DNA of 64,000 nucleotides from a virus (IMGVR_UViG_2548876794_000003:1-64000), one strand, 5' to 3'; positions 26,708 to 38,709 are shown, numbered from the stretch's first letter. Notes: generated by a model not told the origin, from the sequence alone. Made by a program: numbers and translations.

Positions 26708-29700
26708 ATGAATAAAAAATTCACAAAATTTATTTCGATGATGACAGTTTTTGCAATGTTATTTACTATTTTGCCTGAATTCGCTGTTCAAGCGTTCGCA
26801 GAAGAAAAGAAAACTCTTGCAAGCTCATCTGTTTCTTCAGAAGAAAACCCTGATGAAGAACTAGATATATCTAAGTTAAAAGAAGTAAAAAAAGAACGTA
26901 CATCAAATACGAAAACGTTCACTGATTCAAATGGGAGTTTCTATAAAGAAATTTATCCCGAAGCAATTCATACAAAAGAAGATACAGGGTACGAAGAGAT
27001 TTCAGAAAATCTGACGTCAACAGGTACAGGGTATGTGTCTACTGAAAACACAAACTTAGAGGCAAGCTTTCCTCAGTCGATTAAAAAGGATTCCGAAATT
27101 ATCTATAAAAAAGATAACCACGAACTTACCTTCCAATTAGAATCTGCTAAAAAAGATCAAGAATTAATTACCCCAACTCTCAACACAACAAATGACACAC
27201 AAGCAAACAAAAGTACATTCCAAAATATTTACCCTCAAATTGATTTACGTCACATTACATTTAATGATGAAGTAAAAGAAGACTGGATTGTGAATGAGTA
27301 CACAGGTATTCATACCTTCAATTACACAATGAAAACCGATTTAACGCCGACCTTAGAGTCAAATGGCTCTATTACATTCAAAGAGGCAGATAAAGTGATA
27401 TTCACTCTTCCACGCCCAACGATGATGGACTCAAACATTAATGAAGAAAAAGGCGAAGGTATTTACTCTAATAAAGTTCATTATGAGTTAGAAGAAACAG
27501 CCACAAATACGTATGCACTAACGTTAGAAGCCGATGACGAGTGGTTATCTTCAGATAAACGTGTATATCCTGTATACATTGATCCTTCTGTTACTGCCAC
27601 TGCATTAGGAGATACGTATGTATCTAGTAAGTACCCAACAGCGAATTTCAATAAGAAGTGGGATGCTACGCAAGGCGAATATGTGCTACAAACGGGCTAT
27701 TATGACTCTACATCGGGAACAAACTATGCGTACATCAAATTCGATATTAATGATTTAAAGGGTGCTACAATTGATAATGCACAATTAAGTACGTATGTTA
27801 CCCATGCCTACTATAAAGCCGAACAAAATGGTTTGTGGGTGGACGCTGTTAATGATATTTGGTATACAGCAAGTCTAAATTGGAATAATAAGCCTTCTTC
27901 AACAAAAATCACAAGTGTAAATGTTGGTCGTGATGAATGGGCTAATTTTAATGTGACTGATACCGTTCAATCATGGATGTCAGGTGAAACACGTAATAAT
28001 GGATTTAAACTGCATACCAATGGTCATGGTAAAACTTACTGGAAAAAAATTAGTGCAGCTGAAAATACGAATAAACCAAAAATAGTTGTGAAGTATCATT
28101 ATGAAGCTGGTCCAAAACCAACGGTTTCTGCGACAGCATACAACGATGGTTCAAACAACGGCTACACAAATGTTAAATGGAACGCAGTTTATGGCGCCAC
28201 AGGATATAAACTCTTAATGTACGATGGTGCAGCTTACAAAGAAGTTTATACAGGAACAGCTACAAGCTGGTCATCAAAAGGAAAGAAAATTTTCCCTAAA
28301 TCTCCCTACACAACTTCTTCAACATATGTAACGGATGGTTCAGGAGTCGAATTACCAAATGACCCTTCAACATTCTTTGCAAAAAAAGGAACAGCAGATT
28401 ACTTGTACTATAAGTTCCGCGTTGTCCCAACTTTTGCGACAGGTGACGGAACGCAATCTGAATTTTCACGCGTGAAAATTCCAAAAGAAACAAAAGTAGT
28501 GACCGATGCGCCAGATCAACCAACAATTGTTGGACACCAGTACAGCGAAACATCAAGTAACAAAGGTCGCGGATGGTTAGACATCAGTTGGAACAAGGTG
28601 GATGGCGCTACAAGTTATAAAGTGCTTATTTGGAACGGAACAAAATACGATACTTTTAATGTAGGAAATAAAACATCTGTTACAACTAAAGGAAAGAAAA
28701 TTTATCCGACAGACGATGAAATTGCTGCTGGAACACTCGATTTCCATCAAGCAAGTTTAGCAGATACAAGTAACATTGGTACGGGTGCGGAATTACCAAT
28801 GTATCCAGGCAAATCTTATAACAATACATCGAAACGCTACAGCGTGCGAATTGTGGCCGTTTCAGATGCAGGCGATTCAGCTCGCTCAGAAATTGCTTAT
28901 GGATTTATTCCATTGTATGCACCAAAAAGTGCAGATGTAACGTTAAAAGCAAATGAAGACGATTTAGTAGAAAACAAAACAACGTTAACTGCTTCATGGA
29001 AAAATAATGAACTGGCTACGTTATACGATGTAACCATCAAAGGGGAAAAATCGAAATTTAATAAGACTTATCGCGTGAAGGCGGCAAGTGGTGATACAAC
29101 AACTTATACACCATCTGCAACATTTGACTTGGATGATACGTATGAAGTCTATATACAACCATATTTCTACGATAGTCAAAATGCACCGTCTACTGAGGCA
29201 GATGATAGCTCACTCGATGATGTGAAACGTGGAATTAGTCCAATGCCAACAGAAGCACAAGCGACTGTAACGCCTGATTTAAAAGAAGATTTAATTGGGC
29301 TAGAAGATTACTTCACATATGAAGAACAATCTTTTGGGAATGCGACAGCCAATGTCAATGTGACAACAGGAAATATGGCTGTACAATTTACAGATGAATC
29401 ATTATATACACGTGGAGAATTAGGATACGACTTCACACGCACATACAATTCTCGTTCAACAAAAGATTCAGCATTAGGTAAGGGTTGGACTTTCGTAGGG
29501 AATGAATCATTAAGTGAAGATGAAAATGGCAATGTTCTTTATAACGATGAAGATGGAACACTCCATACTTTTAGTAAAGATGGGGCAAATTATGTGTCTC
29601 CAAAAGGGCTGTATGAAACCTTAAATAAGGTAAATGATACGACCTATACAATGACCGATAAAGATGGATTTGTTCAGACTTATAAAAAAGGAAAAAATTC

Positions 29701-32700
29701 AACCGACTTTTTAATTGAATCGTATCAAGATGAATATACAAATAAAATCGTCTTTACGCGAAATGACCAAGATCAAGTAATCGCAATTGAAGAAGATAAA
29801 GGAACATCTGAACAAGAAAAGATTGAGATTTCTTATAACGCTGAAAAGCAAATTGAGAAAGTGAAATATGGGGAACATTTTACAACCTTCACCTATACGA
29901 ACAATCAATTAACAAAAACAGTGATTGGTAGCGAGAAAACCGAACGTACTATTACAGAAGCGTTTGAGTATGATGCTACAGGAAAATTAGTGAAGTACAT
30001 TGATGGGAAAAACAACGAAACGACGGTTAAGTATTCAAAGAATACATTAGTAATTTTTGATAAACAGGCAGAAGATGCTGAGTTATCAGTTACCAACACA
30101 TTTGAATTCGACACAAAAGAAAATCAATTTGTTGTAAAAGATTCTAGTGACGAAGAAACAATTTATAAACGCGACGAAGCAAATGATACATTTGCTGTTG
30201 CAGAAGTCAACGCTCCTGGAGAAGACAGTCAAAACACACGAACGTTCTACACATTCGACGACCAATACAATGTATTAGAAGTCATTAATCCGGATGGTAC
30301 TACTGAAACAAATACATTTGATTCGTCTGGCAATCTATTAACGTCTACAACAAAAGATGGCACAGCTACCAATACGTATAACGATAAAAACCAACTAATT
30401 AAAAATATTGCTGAAACTGGTGAAGAAACAACATATGTATACGATGGTGCAACCTTAGCAAGCACAACGACAAAAGATGGTACAACGAAGTTTGAAAACG
30501 ATACTTTTGGACGAACAACAAAAACAACTTATGTGAATGATACATTTGAAGAGGTCATTTATGATGATACAAATCGTCAGGTGACATCAACAGATAAAAA
30601 AGGGAATACTACGTCTGTTCAATATTCTATTTATAATCAAACACTTCAAGAGACAGACGCATCTGGTCACAAGAAATCGTACACGTACGACCCACTTTAT
30701 TTAGATACAATGACTTCTGTTACAGATGGCAATGGTAACAAAACAAGCTATACTTATGATGATAATAATAATTTAACTACGTTAACAGACGCATTAAATC
30801 GTCAAAAATCATATGTATATAATGATAATGATCAAGTGACTTCTGTAAAAATGCCAACAATGGAATTTAAGTATTCCTACGATTTAAATGGTGAATTAAG
30901 CTCCGCTATTTTACCATCAGGTATTGAAACCAATTATACTTACAATAGCGATGGACAAGTAAGTCAAATAGATAATGGTAATGATATAGTTACGTATGAA
31001 TACGATGAGAACGGTAATACACGTACTATTTCACGAAACAATGAAGCCTTAAAAACATTTACGTATGAGGCTGAAACAAATGCACTTGCAACCTATACAT
31101 TAGGCCTGTTTAGTCAAAAATATGAATATGATGAGACAGAGCGTCTTATCAAAAATCAAACGGTTTATAATGATGAAACTGCTTTCAATCAAGAAATCAC
31201 TTATAAAGAAAATAGTGATGATGTAAATCAACTAAAGTATAGTTTGGACGGTACAAACGCTCATACGTATACAGTTGATACAGACATTGCAAATAATCAA
31301 ACAACGTTAACATTAAATGCTGATTTACTTGTACAAGTTGCACAAACAAACGATAGCAATTTATTAAGTTCATTAGTTTATACAACGAAGCAACAAACAC
31401 CTTTTGAAATCAATTATGAGTACACGAAAAATGGGAATATTTCAAAAGAAACAATAAACAATGATGTAAATTCATTTGAATATGATCAAAACGATCAATT
31501 AATCAAAGAAACTTTGTCAGATGGTACAATCAATTCTTATGAATATGATGCTGTAGGAAATCGAACACAATCAGATACGAATGGAATCGTTTCTACATTT
31601 ACGTATAACGATGCAAATCAAATTAAAACGAAAAATGATGAAGCATTTGAATATGATAAAGATGGGAATTTACTACAAGATGAAAACTATAAGTACACGT
31701 ACAACCAGCAACAACGTCTTACTCAAGTAGAAACACTTGATGGTAACCTAATTGCATCTTACACATATGATGAAAATGGTCTGCGTTTAACAAAAACAGT
31801 CGGTGATACAACGCATGAATATTTCTATAATAATGAAGTATTAGATATGGAAGTTGTGAAAGTAAATGATGTTGTAACGGAATATCGTTCATATGAATGG
31901 GATGGTTATACACCACTTGGTATGGTAGTGAAATCCAAAAATAATGCGGATATGTTTGAAACGAAAGCGTATCAATTCATCATAAACCATCGTGGCGACG
32001 TCTTAAGCATTCGTGATAGTGAAGATAATGAAGTTGGCTCATACACATATGACGCATACGGAAATATTCTTGATGCTGAAGGGGCTTTAGCAAAAGAAAA
32101 TCCAATTCGTTATGCAGGTTACTATTATGATGATGAAACGAAGAATTATTATTTACAAGCACGCTACTACAACCCGGCAAATGGCTCGTTCTTGGCATTA
32201 GATCCGTATCCGGGGGATGCCGATGATCCATTATCACAAAATGGCTATAACTATGCGAATGGGAATCCAGTGATGTATGTGGATCCAGATGGAAATAATC
32301 CAATTTATGGCCTACTTGCAGCTATTGCTAGGTATGCTGCACCTTTATTAAGGAGCGCAGGTGCAAAAGCAGCCAAGAAAATTAATAAGTATGCGAAGAA
32401 ATTATTGAGCCCCTTCAAAAGATATCGAATTACTTCTAGTAAGAATGCTATAATTGTTGTAGTAGATAGAAAATCTAAATTAGGTGATAAACGAATTTTC
32501 AGTATAGATAAACATCCTAATATACCTTTCTACAAGAAAACAGACAAGAAAAAAAGACTGTTAGAGATATTAAGGTGTGGCATTATCATCTGGGGCCCAT
32601 GTCAGGATACGGAAAAGGGGGGAATGTCCATAGAGTATTTAAATGGGATATCCCTTCTAAGTACAAATTAAAAGTTGGCATTAATTATGTTTATGCTTAA
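26708..32700 (+). CDS. wapA: WapA-like secreted RHS/YD-repeat polymorphic toxin with DNRLRE-type domain; toxin tip probably frameshifted (in-frame stop 32671, -1 frame stop 32700)
   Basis: Sec signal peptide; YPVYIDPS; DTYVSS; YD repeats; RHS core NPIRYAGYYYD.ET..YYLQARYYNP..G.FL..DP...NGY.YANGNPVMYVDPDG. Confidence 0.9.
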
Positions 32701-32714
32701 AAAGGAGAAGTAAA

Positions 32715-33266
32715 ATGGAAAAAGGAGATTATGAACAAAAGAGTGTTTTTGATGATAGAGACTATCAGATTAATAACTTAGAAGAAATGGAAATGGAAGA
32801 ATTAACGCTTTATTTTGAAAAACAATTAATTGAATCGAAAAATAGAGAAAAATTCTTAATACCTTTACTAGATTTCCCAATCTATATGCATTTAGAAATA
32901 TTTGATTTCGACGTGCAAAAAATAAGTAATTTAATTACTTCTGGTAATGGCACATACACTATCCAAAAGTTAAAAAAGGACACATACTATTTCGAAGCTA
33001 AGATTGATGACCATGAACTGTTTATAAAAACATTGAAGTATACGACTGCTTATGCAGGCTACGGACGATTGAACTTTTATACAAACTGTGATAAGTGTCT
33101 TAAAAAAGAGATTGTAGATGAAGAGATTCAATTCAATTTACTAGATTCCAGTAACTTTATATTAGTTACGATTAAATATGATGGAGATGTTTTGTGTATA
33201 GTAAGTGGAAAAAGTGAATTGAAAGAAATTAGAAAACAACTCAAACACCTAAATGCTTATGAATAG
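32715..33266 (+). CDS. Putative cognate immunity protein
   Basis: Directly downstream of the RHS toxin, SD AAAGGAG, very AT-rich. Confidence 0.65.
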   Translation: MEKGDYEQKSVFDDRDYQINNLEEMEMEELTLYFEKQLIESKNREKFLIPLLDFPIYMHLEIFDFDVQKISNLITSGNGTYTIQKLKKDTYYFEAKIDDHELFIKTLKYTTAYAGYGRLNFYTNCDKCLKKEIVDEEIQFNLLDSSNFILVTIKYDGDVLCIVSGKSELKEIRKQLKHLNAYE

Positions 33267-33378
33267 CCTATATAATACCATCTCAGTGTTCTAATTTATG
33301 GAAATGTTAGGTAAATTTAATTTTCGCTTTTTCTTTTAGGGTAAACAATTAAAATACTATATAAGAATATGTACAGCA

Positions 33379-33420
33379 AAATAGCTGATTTGTCGATTTT
33401 TTTGACAAATCAGCTATTTA
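33379..33420. terminator. Bidirectional terminator between the convergent RHS island and the minus-strand block
   Basis: aaatagctgatttgtc-gatttttt-tgacaaatcagctattt inverted repeat. Confidence 0.75.
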
Positions 33421-33446
33421 TATTTTTATAATATGATTTTGATTCT

Positions 33447-33743
33447 TTAAATAACACCCTTTTGCATTTTAGCGAATGGTAATAGTGAGCTTTCACCGAT
33501 TGGCACACTCGAGACAAAAGTTATATTAGCTCGCATCTCTTCAACCTGTTTACGAAGAGCTGTCTGCGCTTCTACGGTTTCCCCTCTATACTTTGTTATG
33601 TTTATGATGTATTCGTTGTCTCCTGTTCGTTGAGCAATGGCTGTCGCATATGAAAAAAGTGTTTCACCTTGAATTGTAATCGTGTCTGATGAAACAGTTA
33701 ACTTCCCGTCAAGATAGTGTGCAATAGCCTTTTCAGCTTTCAT
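33447..33743 (-). CDS. Hypothetical phage protein
   Basis: LFSY.T.IA.R....I.N.TKY...T...Q pattern; SD AGGAGG. Confidence 0.7.
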   Translation of the reverse strand: MKAEKAIAHYLDGKLTVSSDTITIQGETLFSYATAIAQRTGDNEYIINITKYRGETVEAQTALRKQVEEMRANITFVSSVPIGESSLLPFAKMQKGVI

Positions 33744-33755
33744 GGCAAGCTCCTC

Positions 33756-33983
33756 CTATGCGAATTTTTGAGCTGGTAAAACAACGCTTGCTGTAGGCTC
33801 AAATGTAATAGTTTGTGTTTGTTTATCAATTACTTTAACTACAAATTCACGCACTGATTTACCATCGAGTGTTGCTTGTGAAAAGCTTACAACGTCACCT
33901 ACTGAAACTTGTTCTAATGAATCGATTGCGTTAAACGTTAGTGCTGACCAACCTGTGATACCTTTAGTGTTTACCATTAACAT
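33756..33983 (-). CDS. Hypothetical protein
   Basis: SD AGGAGG. Confidence 0.7.
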   Translation of the reverse strand: MLMVNTKGITGWSALTFNAIDSLEQVSVGDVVSFSQATLDGKSVREFVVKVIDKQTQTITFEPTASVVLPAQKFA

Positions 33984-34012
33984 AATAAAAATCCTCCTAA
34001 GATTAACTGTAG

Positions 34013-34411
34013 TTATATTTTGTAAGTGTAAAAATCTATATAGATGCTAAGATTTTCTTCGACTGACTGCTCTGGAAATACGGACCAATCCATTCTTTTA
34101 ATAGAGAATGATAATCCATATTCCTCTAAGATATAAAGGAGTGAATCCTCAATCATTCGAAATACGCAGCCCGCCGTATCCCTCTTGAATTTTTTAGATA
34201 GTCTATTGAAGTATTCTGTGGGAACGTTGTACAACCTTACGAAGCAGGAAGCTTTAGTGTCCGTTTCATTAACTTCTAACGTTTCCAATACCGCATGTGC
34301 TATACGCAAAGATTGCGAATATACATAGTCGAAAAATTTATCTGGGAATTCAAGTTCGTCTATTAAGTTCATGCGACACAGCCTAAACGCAAAGCTCTTT
34401 GGCTGCGCCAA
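34013..34411 (-). CDS. Hypothetical protein
   Basis: ORF in operon; start uncertain. Confidence 0.6.
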   Translation of the reverse strand: MAQPKSFAFRLCRMNLIDELEFPDKFFDYVYSQSLRIAHAVLETLEVNETDTKASCFVRLYNVPTEYFNRLSKKFKRDTAGCVFRMIEDSLLYILEEYGLSFSIKRMDWSVFPEQSVEENLSIYIDFYTYKI

Positions 34412-34589
34412 TCATCTTTAAGAAGTTGATTTGTGTGCGCACATAATGTGAATTCTCTAGGCCGCCAGCTTCAAACCAGTCGTGCAAGCGTTTGTTGACA
34501 TCTCTTGCAACGTATACCGGTACTTGCATCATCGCATCGTTCAGTTCTTTTAGAATCATTTCGTTATCTGTTGTTGGTTTAATAGTCAT
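34383..34589 (-). CDS. Hypothetical protein
   Basis: SD AGGGGG. Confidence 0.65.
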   Translation of the reverse strand: MTIKPTTDNEMILKELNDAMMQVPVYVARDVNKRLHDWFEAGGLENSHYVRTQINFLKMIGAAKELCV

Positions 34590-34736
34590 TAGTAAATCCC
34601 CCTGTTTTTTTGGATAGTAAATGCCCCGCCCGTAAAAGGACGAGGCTTTTTATGTTGTAATTATTTTCTACCGAAATCTTCTGGATTCTCGCCCATGGTA
34701 GATGTGTGATCTTTCAAATGGCTCTTTAGTCAAGCT

Positions 34737-35045
34737 TTATTGAAGTCTTTGTTCAATCCATTTGATTTGTTCTTTTTGTGATTCTACAAGCTCTTCATTT
34801 GATTTCAAACACCATGTAGTTAGGCCGAAAGAGATAGCCCAGATGCATGCATAAAAGAAGTCATATGTAAGCAGGTAGTAAATCAATCCAGTAGCATTAT
34901 AGATATTGATAGCCCACGTAAAGCGTCGAAGTAAGCGTGAGAAGCGGATACTTTTCTTCATCTCTTCTAATCTTCGTGAAAGATGCGTTTTGATAAAATC
35001 GTCGGCATTGTCTAGTAAGTGTGAGCCGTTAGTTGATGTTGTCAT
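34737..35045 (-). CDS. Hypothetical membrane protein
   Basis: Start MTTST after SD AAGGAG; two hydrophobic segments. Confidence 0.65.
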   Translation of the reverse strand: MTTSTNGSHLLDNADDFIKTHLSRRLEEMKKSIRFSRLLRRFTWAINIYNATGLIYYLLTYDFFYACIWAISFGLTTWCLKSNEELVESQKEQIKWIEQRLQ

Positions 35046-35424
35046 GCAGGTTCTCCTTGTATGGATTGTAGACAGTATATAGTCCTTCGCTGTCCCAATC
35101 ATTAAAATGTTCAATTGTCTCAAAGATATTATTCCTTCTATGCATCTTAGTATTAAAATGACGTTCATTGAAGAAAAGCAATTCATCCACAATATGAGGT
35201 CGTACTACAACAATTCCAAACTTGTTGAATAGAACTCTACCCTTTACGAGAACGTGAGAGTTAACCCACTTTCGATGCGTAAAATAAACATCGTCCCCTT
35301 TAACTAACTTTTTGTCCATAAGGAAATAGCCTGTCAAAATAGATTCCTCTGTATCGAGTGCATCTATTTCAACAGACTTAGCGTTAGTTGGTATTGAACT
35401 ATCCATGTCATGTGTTGTAATCAT
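35029..35424 (-). CDS. Hypothetical protein
   Basis: SD AAGGAG. Confidence 0.65.
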   Translation of the reverse strand: MITTHDMDSSIPTNAKSVEIDALDTEESILTGYFLMDKKLVKGDDVYFTHRKWVNSHVLVKGRVLFNKFGIVVVRPHIVDELLFFNERHFNTKMHRRNNIFETIEHFNDWDSEGLYTVYNPYKENLHDNIN

Positions 35425-35458
35425 TTTTAAAATGCTCCTTTAGTCGGGTAAAGAGTAG

Positions 35459-36037
35459 TTACTTTTTAACGCAGCTGTCTATGTACGTTTGTTCGTAATC
35501 CAATAAATTTGCGCACTCGTTGAATATCCTTTCATCTTGCGTAGTGATATTGATAGCTGACAATGATTTATAGATGTCATCAAGGATGCGATATATTTTA
35601 TGTTGTATTACTAACGAGTTTTCTCTATTCATATTAGGCAATTCCTTCAAGACCTTTAAACCAGTATTGATAGGTCCTTCATATTGAATGAGAATTTTTT
35701 GGTAGAACGGGTTAGCGAGTACTTCTTGTGATGGATTGATAAAGCTGTATATAAATGCCCCTTTGGCAGAAAGAGCATCTATAAGTTTTCCATCAAAAAA
35801 AGCTTTTTGAACAGGTTCAAAGGATGGATAGTTAGAAAGCTTCATCAACTCTCTGTAACTGTAAATTATTTCTTTGAAAGAATTCAGTACTTCTTCTTCG
35901 GCTTTCTGTACTTCTAACTCGGCAGTGCAAGAAGAGCAGAATATAGCATAAGCACCATAGCCTACAGAGAGGTTGTGATGAACGCCACGAAGTTTGTTGC
36001 AAGACGAGCATTTTCCAAAATACGGTGGTTTGAGCAT
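35459..36037 (-). CDS. Zn-finger hypothetical protein
   Basis: CSSC...CSSC; SD AAGGAGG. Confidence 0.7.
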   Translation of the reverse strand: MLKPPYFGKCSSCNKLRGVHHNLSVGYGAYAIFCSSCTAELEVQKAEEEVLNSFKEIIYSYRELMKLSNYPSFEPVQKAFFDGKLIDALSAKGAFIYSFINPSQEVLANPFYQKILIQYEGPINTGLKVLKELPNMNRENSLVIQHKIYRILDDIYKSLSAINITTQDERIFNECANLLDYEQTYIDSCVKK

Positions 36038-36086
36038 AATTTACCCTCCTTTCGTATGAATTAGCCAAATGAAATAAGTGAAAAAT

Positions 36087-36578
36087 TCACTTTAACTGCT
36101 CCATTTGTATCACGACTTGTACTAATTCATTATATACAAAATTGACGTTCTTATAAATGTATTTTTGAGAGTTTTTGGTTACTGAGTTTATTATTTTTTG
36201 AGAGTTTTGTCCTAAATAGTCTGCTCGCCTTGCATCTATCGGTGATAAATCTCCAAAATGATCGCAGTCGAATCTGAGTATGCGCTGCATAGACATGCCA
36301 TCCACACTCTTTGAAAAGCTATCCATAGTGAATCCACCATAAACGTTGATGATTTTATCAAGATTTTCCATGTTATAAAAAGCGGAATCTTGTGCGATAC
36401 TAATTTGACCAATTAGAATTCCACGATAATTACGGATGATTTCGCATGGATACCCTTTGATAAGAAAGCTATAATGATCTTCCTCTTGTGTCCATTCCGG
36501 TTCATGGCCATCGTAGTTTACAGCTATAGCTGTAGATACAATGTCTAGGTGATTGGCTAATGTTGATAATAGATCCAT
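36087..36578 (-). CDS. Conserved phage hypothetical protein
   Basis: V.GG.T...FDC.H.GD...YKN..FV..E pattern. Confidence 0.7.
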   Translation of the reverse strand: MDLLSTLANHLDIVSTAIAVNYDGHEPEWTQEEDHYSFLIKGYPCEIIRNYRGILIGQISIAQDSAFYNMENLDKIINVYGGFTMDSFSKSVDGMSMQRILRFDCDHFGDLSPIDARRADYLGQNSQKIINSVTKNSQKYIYKNVNFVYNELVQVVIQMEQLK

Positions 36579-36598
36579 CTCATGTCCTCCCTGTTTTT

Positions 36599-37012
36599 TT
36601 AGAAAATCGGCTCTGATATTGTGCCGTCATCTTGTGCCAAGATGTCGAATTTTAGATATTCTAATGAAGGTTTTATATACGATTTTGGAACAACTGCTAT
36701 GCGATTGCCTTGTGTGTAGATAATCGAAGCGGGTTCCATGCTGTTTGTTTCTGGATTTTTCACTGTCATGTGGTCCAAAACATAATCGGAAAACTTCAAC
36801 AAATCACGCATTCTAACGAATGAAACAATATCTATTAAGCTGTCATCCTTTGTTTTACTGACAATAGCTTGTGTATAGGAGAAGCGTTCGTTTTCGAGAA
36901 GTCGATATAAAAAATCATCCTCACTAAAAATTCCTAAGTCTACAGCTTTGCGCATCCTTGCACCACAAGGACGTTCCCACTCCTTTATACGGTCAACTAC
37001 TTCTACATACAT
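36599..37012 (-). CDS. Hypothetical protein
   Basis: SD AGGAG. Confidence 0.7.
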   Translation of the reverse strand: MYVEVVDRIKEWERPCGARMRKAVDLGIFSEDDFLYRLLENERFSYTQAIVSKTKDDSLIDIVSFVRMRDLLKFSDYVLDHMTVKNPETNSMEPASIIYTQGNRIAVVPKSYIKPSLEYLKFDILAQDDGTISEPIF

Positions 37013-37080
37013 TATGCGTCACTCCTGTTCGAATAAAATAAAAAAGCGCATCCTTTTCGGACGCGCTTTCTCTGTAAATG

Positions 37081-37506
37081 TTACTTATGGTTTTGAGTTT
37101 CAATTTCGACAAGCATGTCGAAGATAGCTCTTTTGTCTGCAGGTAGCTTTTTCAGACGTTCATCAATCATGTTATTGATTTGTTGGTCAACAGTCGATGC
37201 TGCGCTATCAATTTTTTGTAATGCCATTACACGATGTCGTGTTTCACGAGCTACACGTAAGCTTGTGTAGTCGATAGCTCCTTTAGGAGCGCTAGATTTA
37301 GCTGGTTCACTTTTAGTAGTTTTTTTAGTAGTAGTAGCTTTTGCTACAGGTGCTACAACTTCTTCTACTGCAGGTGTTACTACAGATGCTTGTTCAGCGT
37401 TCTTTCTTGAATTATTTAAACTTGAAGGATCAAATTTTTTAGTTGGTGCAACGTTCACATTGTTTTTTAACGGATCGTTTTTTTTGCTTTTAATTAAGTC
37501 GCTCAT
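37081..37506 (-). CDS. Putative centromere-binding partner of ParA (RepC/DUF5388-like)
   Basis: Immediately downstream of parA; disordered N-terminus then TSLRV..ETR.RV.AL......TVD..I..MID (ribbon-helix-helix-like). Confidence 0.65.
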   Translation of the reverse strand: MSDLIKSKKNDPLKNNVNVAPTKKFDPSSLNNSRKNAEQASVVTPAVEEVVAPVAKATTTKKTTKSEPAKSSAPKGAIDYTSLRVARETRHRVMALQKIDSAASTVDQQINNMIDERLKKLPADKRAIFDMLVEIETQNHK

Positions 37507-37507
37507 A

Positions 37508-38485
37508 TTATTCTACCCCTGCTTTCTCTTCCGCTTCGATACGGTTTAATAATTCATTTGCAATACCAGCGTATAGCGTATGGATTGCTTTATCATGAGT
37601 GTCTGTTTCATGATGTGAAATACCAACACGAGAGTAACGTTTTAATCGTTCGCGGTAAGGAACAACAGAGTTAAATAAATTGTGTTCTCCAAATGTTTCA
37701 GCAGCATCTTGTAGGATGCGTTCATCAACTTTACTGTCTCGTTTTAGAATTACAGGCAAGATACCAATAATATCTGCTTCGGCATCATATTCGTCAATAA
37801 GCTCTTGTAAGTAGCCAACGAAGTCTTTCGCACCATCTAATGACCAGTCTTGTGTTTGGAGAACAACAAGAAGATAGTTCGATGCATAAAGCGCTGAATC
37901 GGTAATGATAGAAAGTGTTGGTGGAACATCAATGAATACAAAATCATATGCTCCGCTTACTCTATCTAATAAATCTTTTAAGTGAGTAACGCGATCAGTG
38001 TAATCTGGGAAAACACCTTCTAAATATCGAGAATAGTAACGGAAATCACTATAGCTTGGAATAATATCTAAGTTGTCAATAATTGGTGTGATGATACTTT
38101 GTAGATCTTGGTTTTGAATGGCCGTCATTAACGTGCCATCGTATGTAATGCTATCTACAGGTTCTTCAACCGATTCCTTAACTTGATTAATTTCTTTAAG
38201 AGATAGTTTTACACGAGATGCGTCGAAGTCATCTTCGCCTTCATGTTTAGCACGTTCAGCAGCAATCTTCGCATCTAAAACTTGGTCAAGTTTATCTTGA
38301 ATCATAAGCTCATGTTCATGTAAGTGACGAGTTTTCATAAGAAGTGAAGTTGCATTTGCTTGCGGATCCTGGTCAACAATTAAAACTCGTTTGCCCATTT
38401 TCGCTAATTCGTAAGCAATCATAACGGTGTTGGTAGTCTTGCCAACGCCACCTTTGATGTTACCGAATGTGATAGTAGTAGTCAT
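37508..38485 (-). CDS. parA: ParA Walker-type partition ATPase
   Basis: GNIKGGVGKTT, VLIVDQDPQANAT, YDFVFIDVPP; no N-terminal HTH (type Ib-like). Confidence 0.95.
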   Translation of the reverse strand: MTTTITFGNIKGGVGKTTNTVMIAYELAKMGKRVLIVDQDPQANATSLLMKTRHLHEHELMIQDKLDQVLDAKIAAERAKHEGEDDFDASRVKLSLKEINQVKESVEEPVDSITYDGTLMTAIQNQDLQSIITPIIDNLDIIPSYSDFRYYSRYLEGVFPDYTDRVTHLKDLLDRVSGAYDFVFIDVPPTLSIITDSALYASNYLLVVLQTQDWSLDGAKDFVGYLQELIDEYDAEADIIGILPVILKRDSKVDERILQDAAETFGEHNLFNSVVPYRERLKRYSRVGISHHETDTHDKAIHTLYAGIANELLNRIEAEEKAGVE

Positions 38486-38525
38486 TTTAAAAGCTCCTTT
38501 GAGTGTGTATTGTATTCAGTTTTCA

Positions 38526-38615
38526 ATGTATGCATGTATGCAAGTATGCGATGTTTTTTGTTTCATCGTATGTGAGCATACATATATAATAATATACTCG
38601 CATACTTACTTGCAA
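38526..38615. repeat. GCATAC-type repeats upstream of parA (operator/centromere)
   Basis: gtatgcatgtatgcaagtatgc...gcatacat...ctcgcatacttacttgc. Confidence 0.65.
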
Positions 38616-38709
38616 TAACTACTTAGTAAATAAATGTATAATCGTACTGAAAAGTAGTAAAAACGTTGAAAATCAGAATAACAGATACAACTCTATAGTC
38701 TATATATGA

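Noticed and set aside
28296-32303. Minus-strand ORFs within the RHS gene, and antisense ORFs inside other long genes (RNAP, PcfJ-like, nrdE)
   Set aside because: Antisense shadows caused by codon bias.
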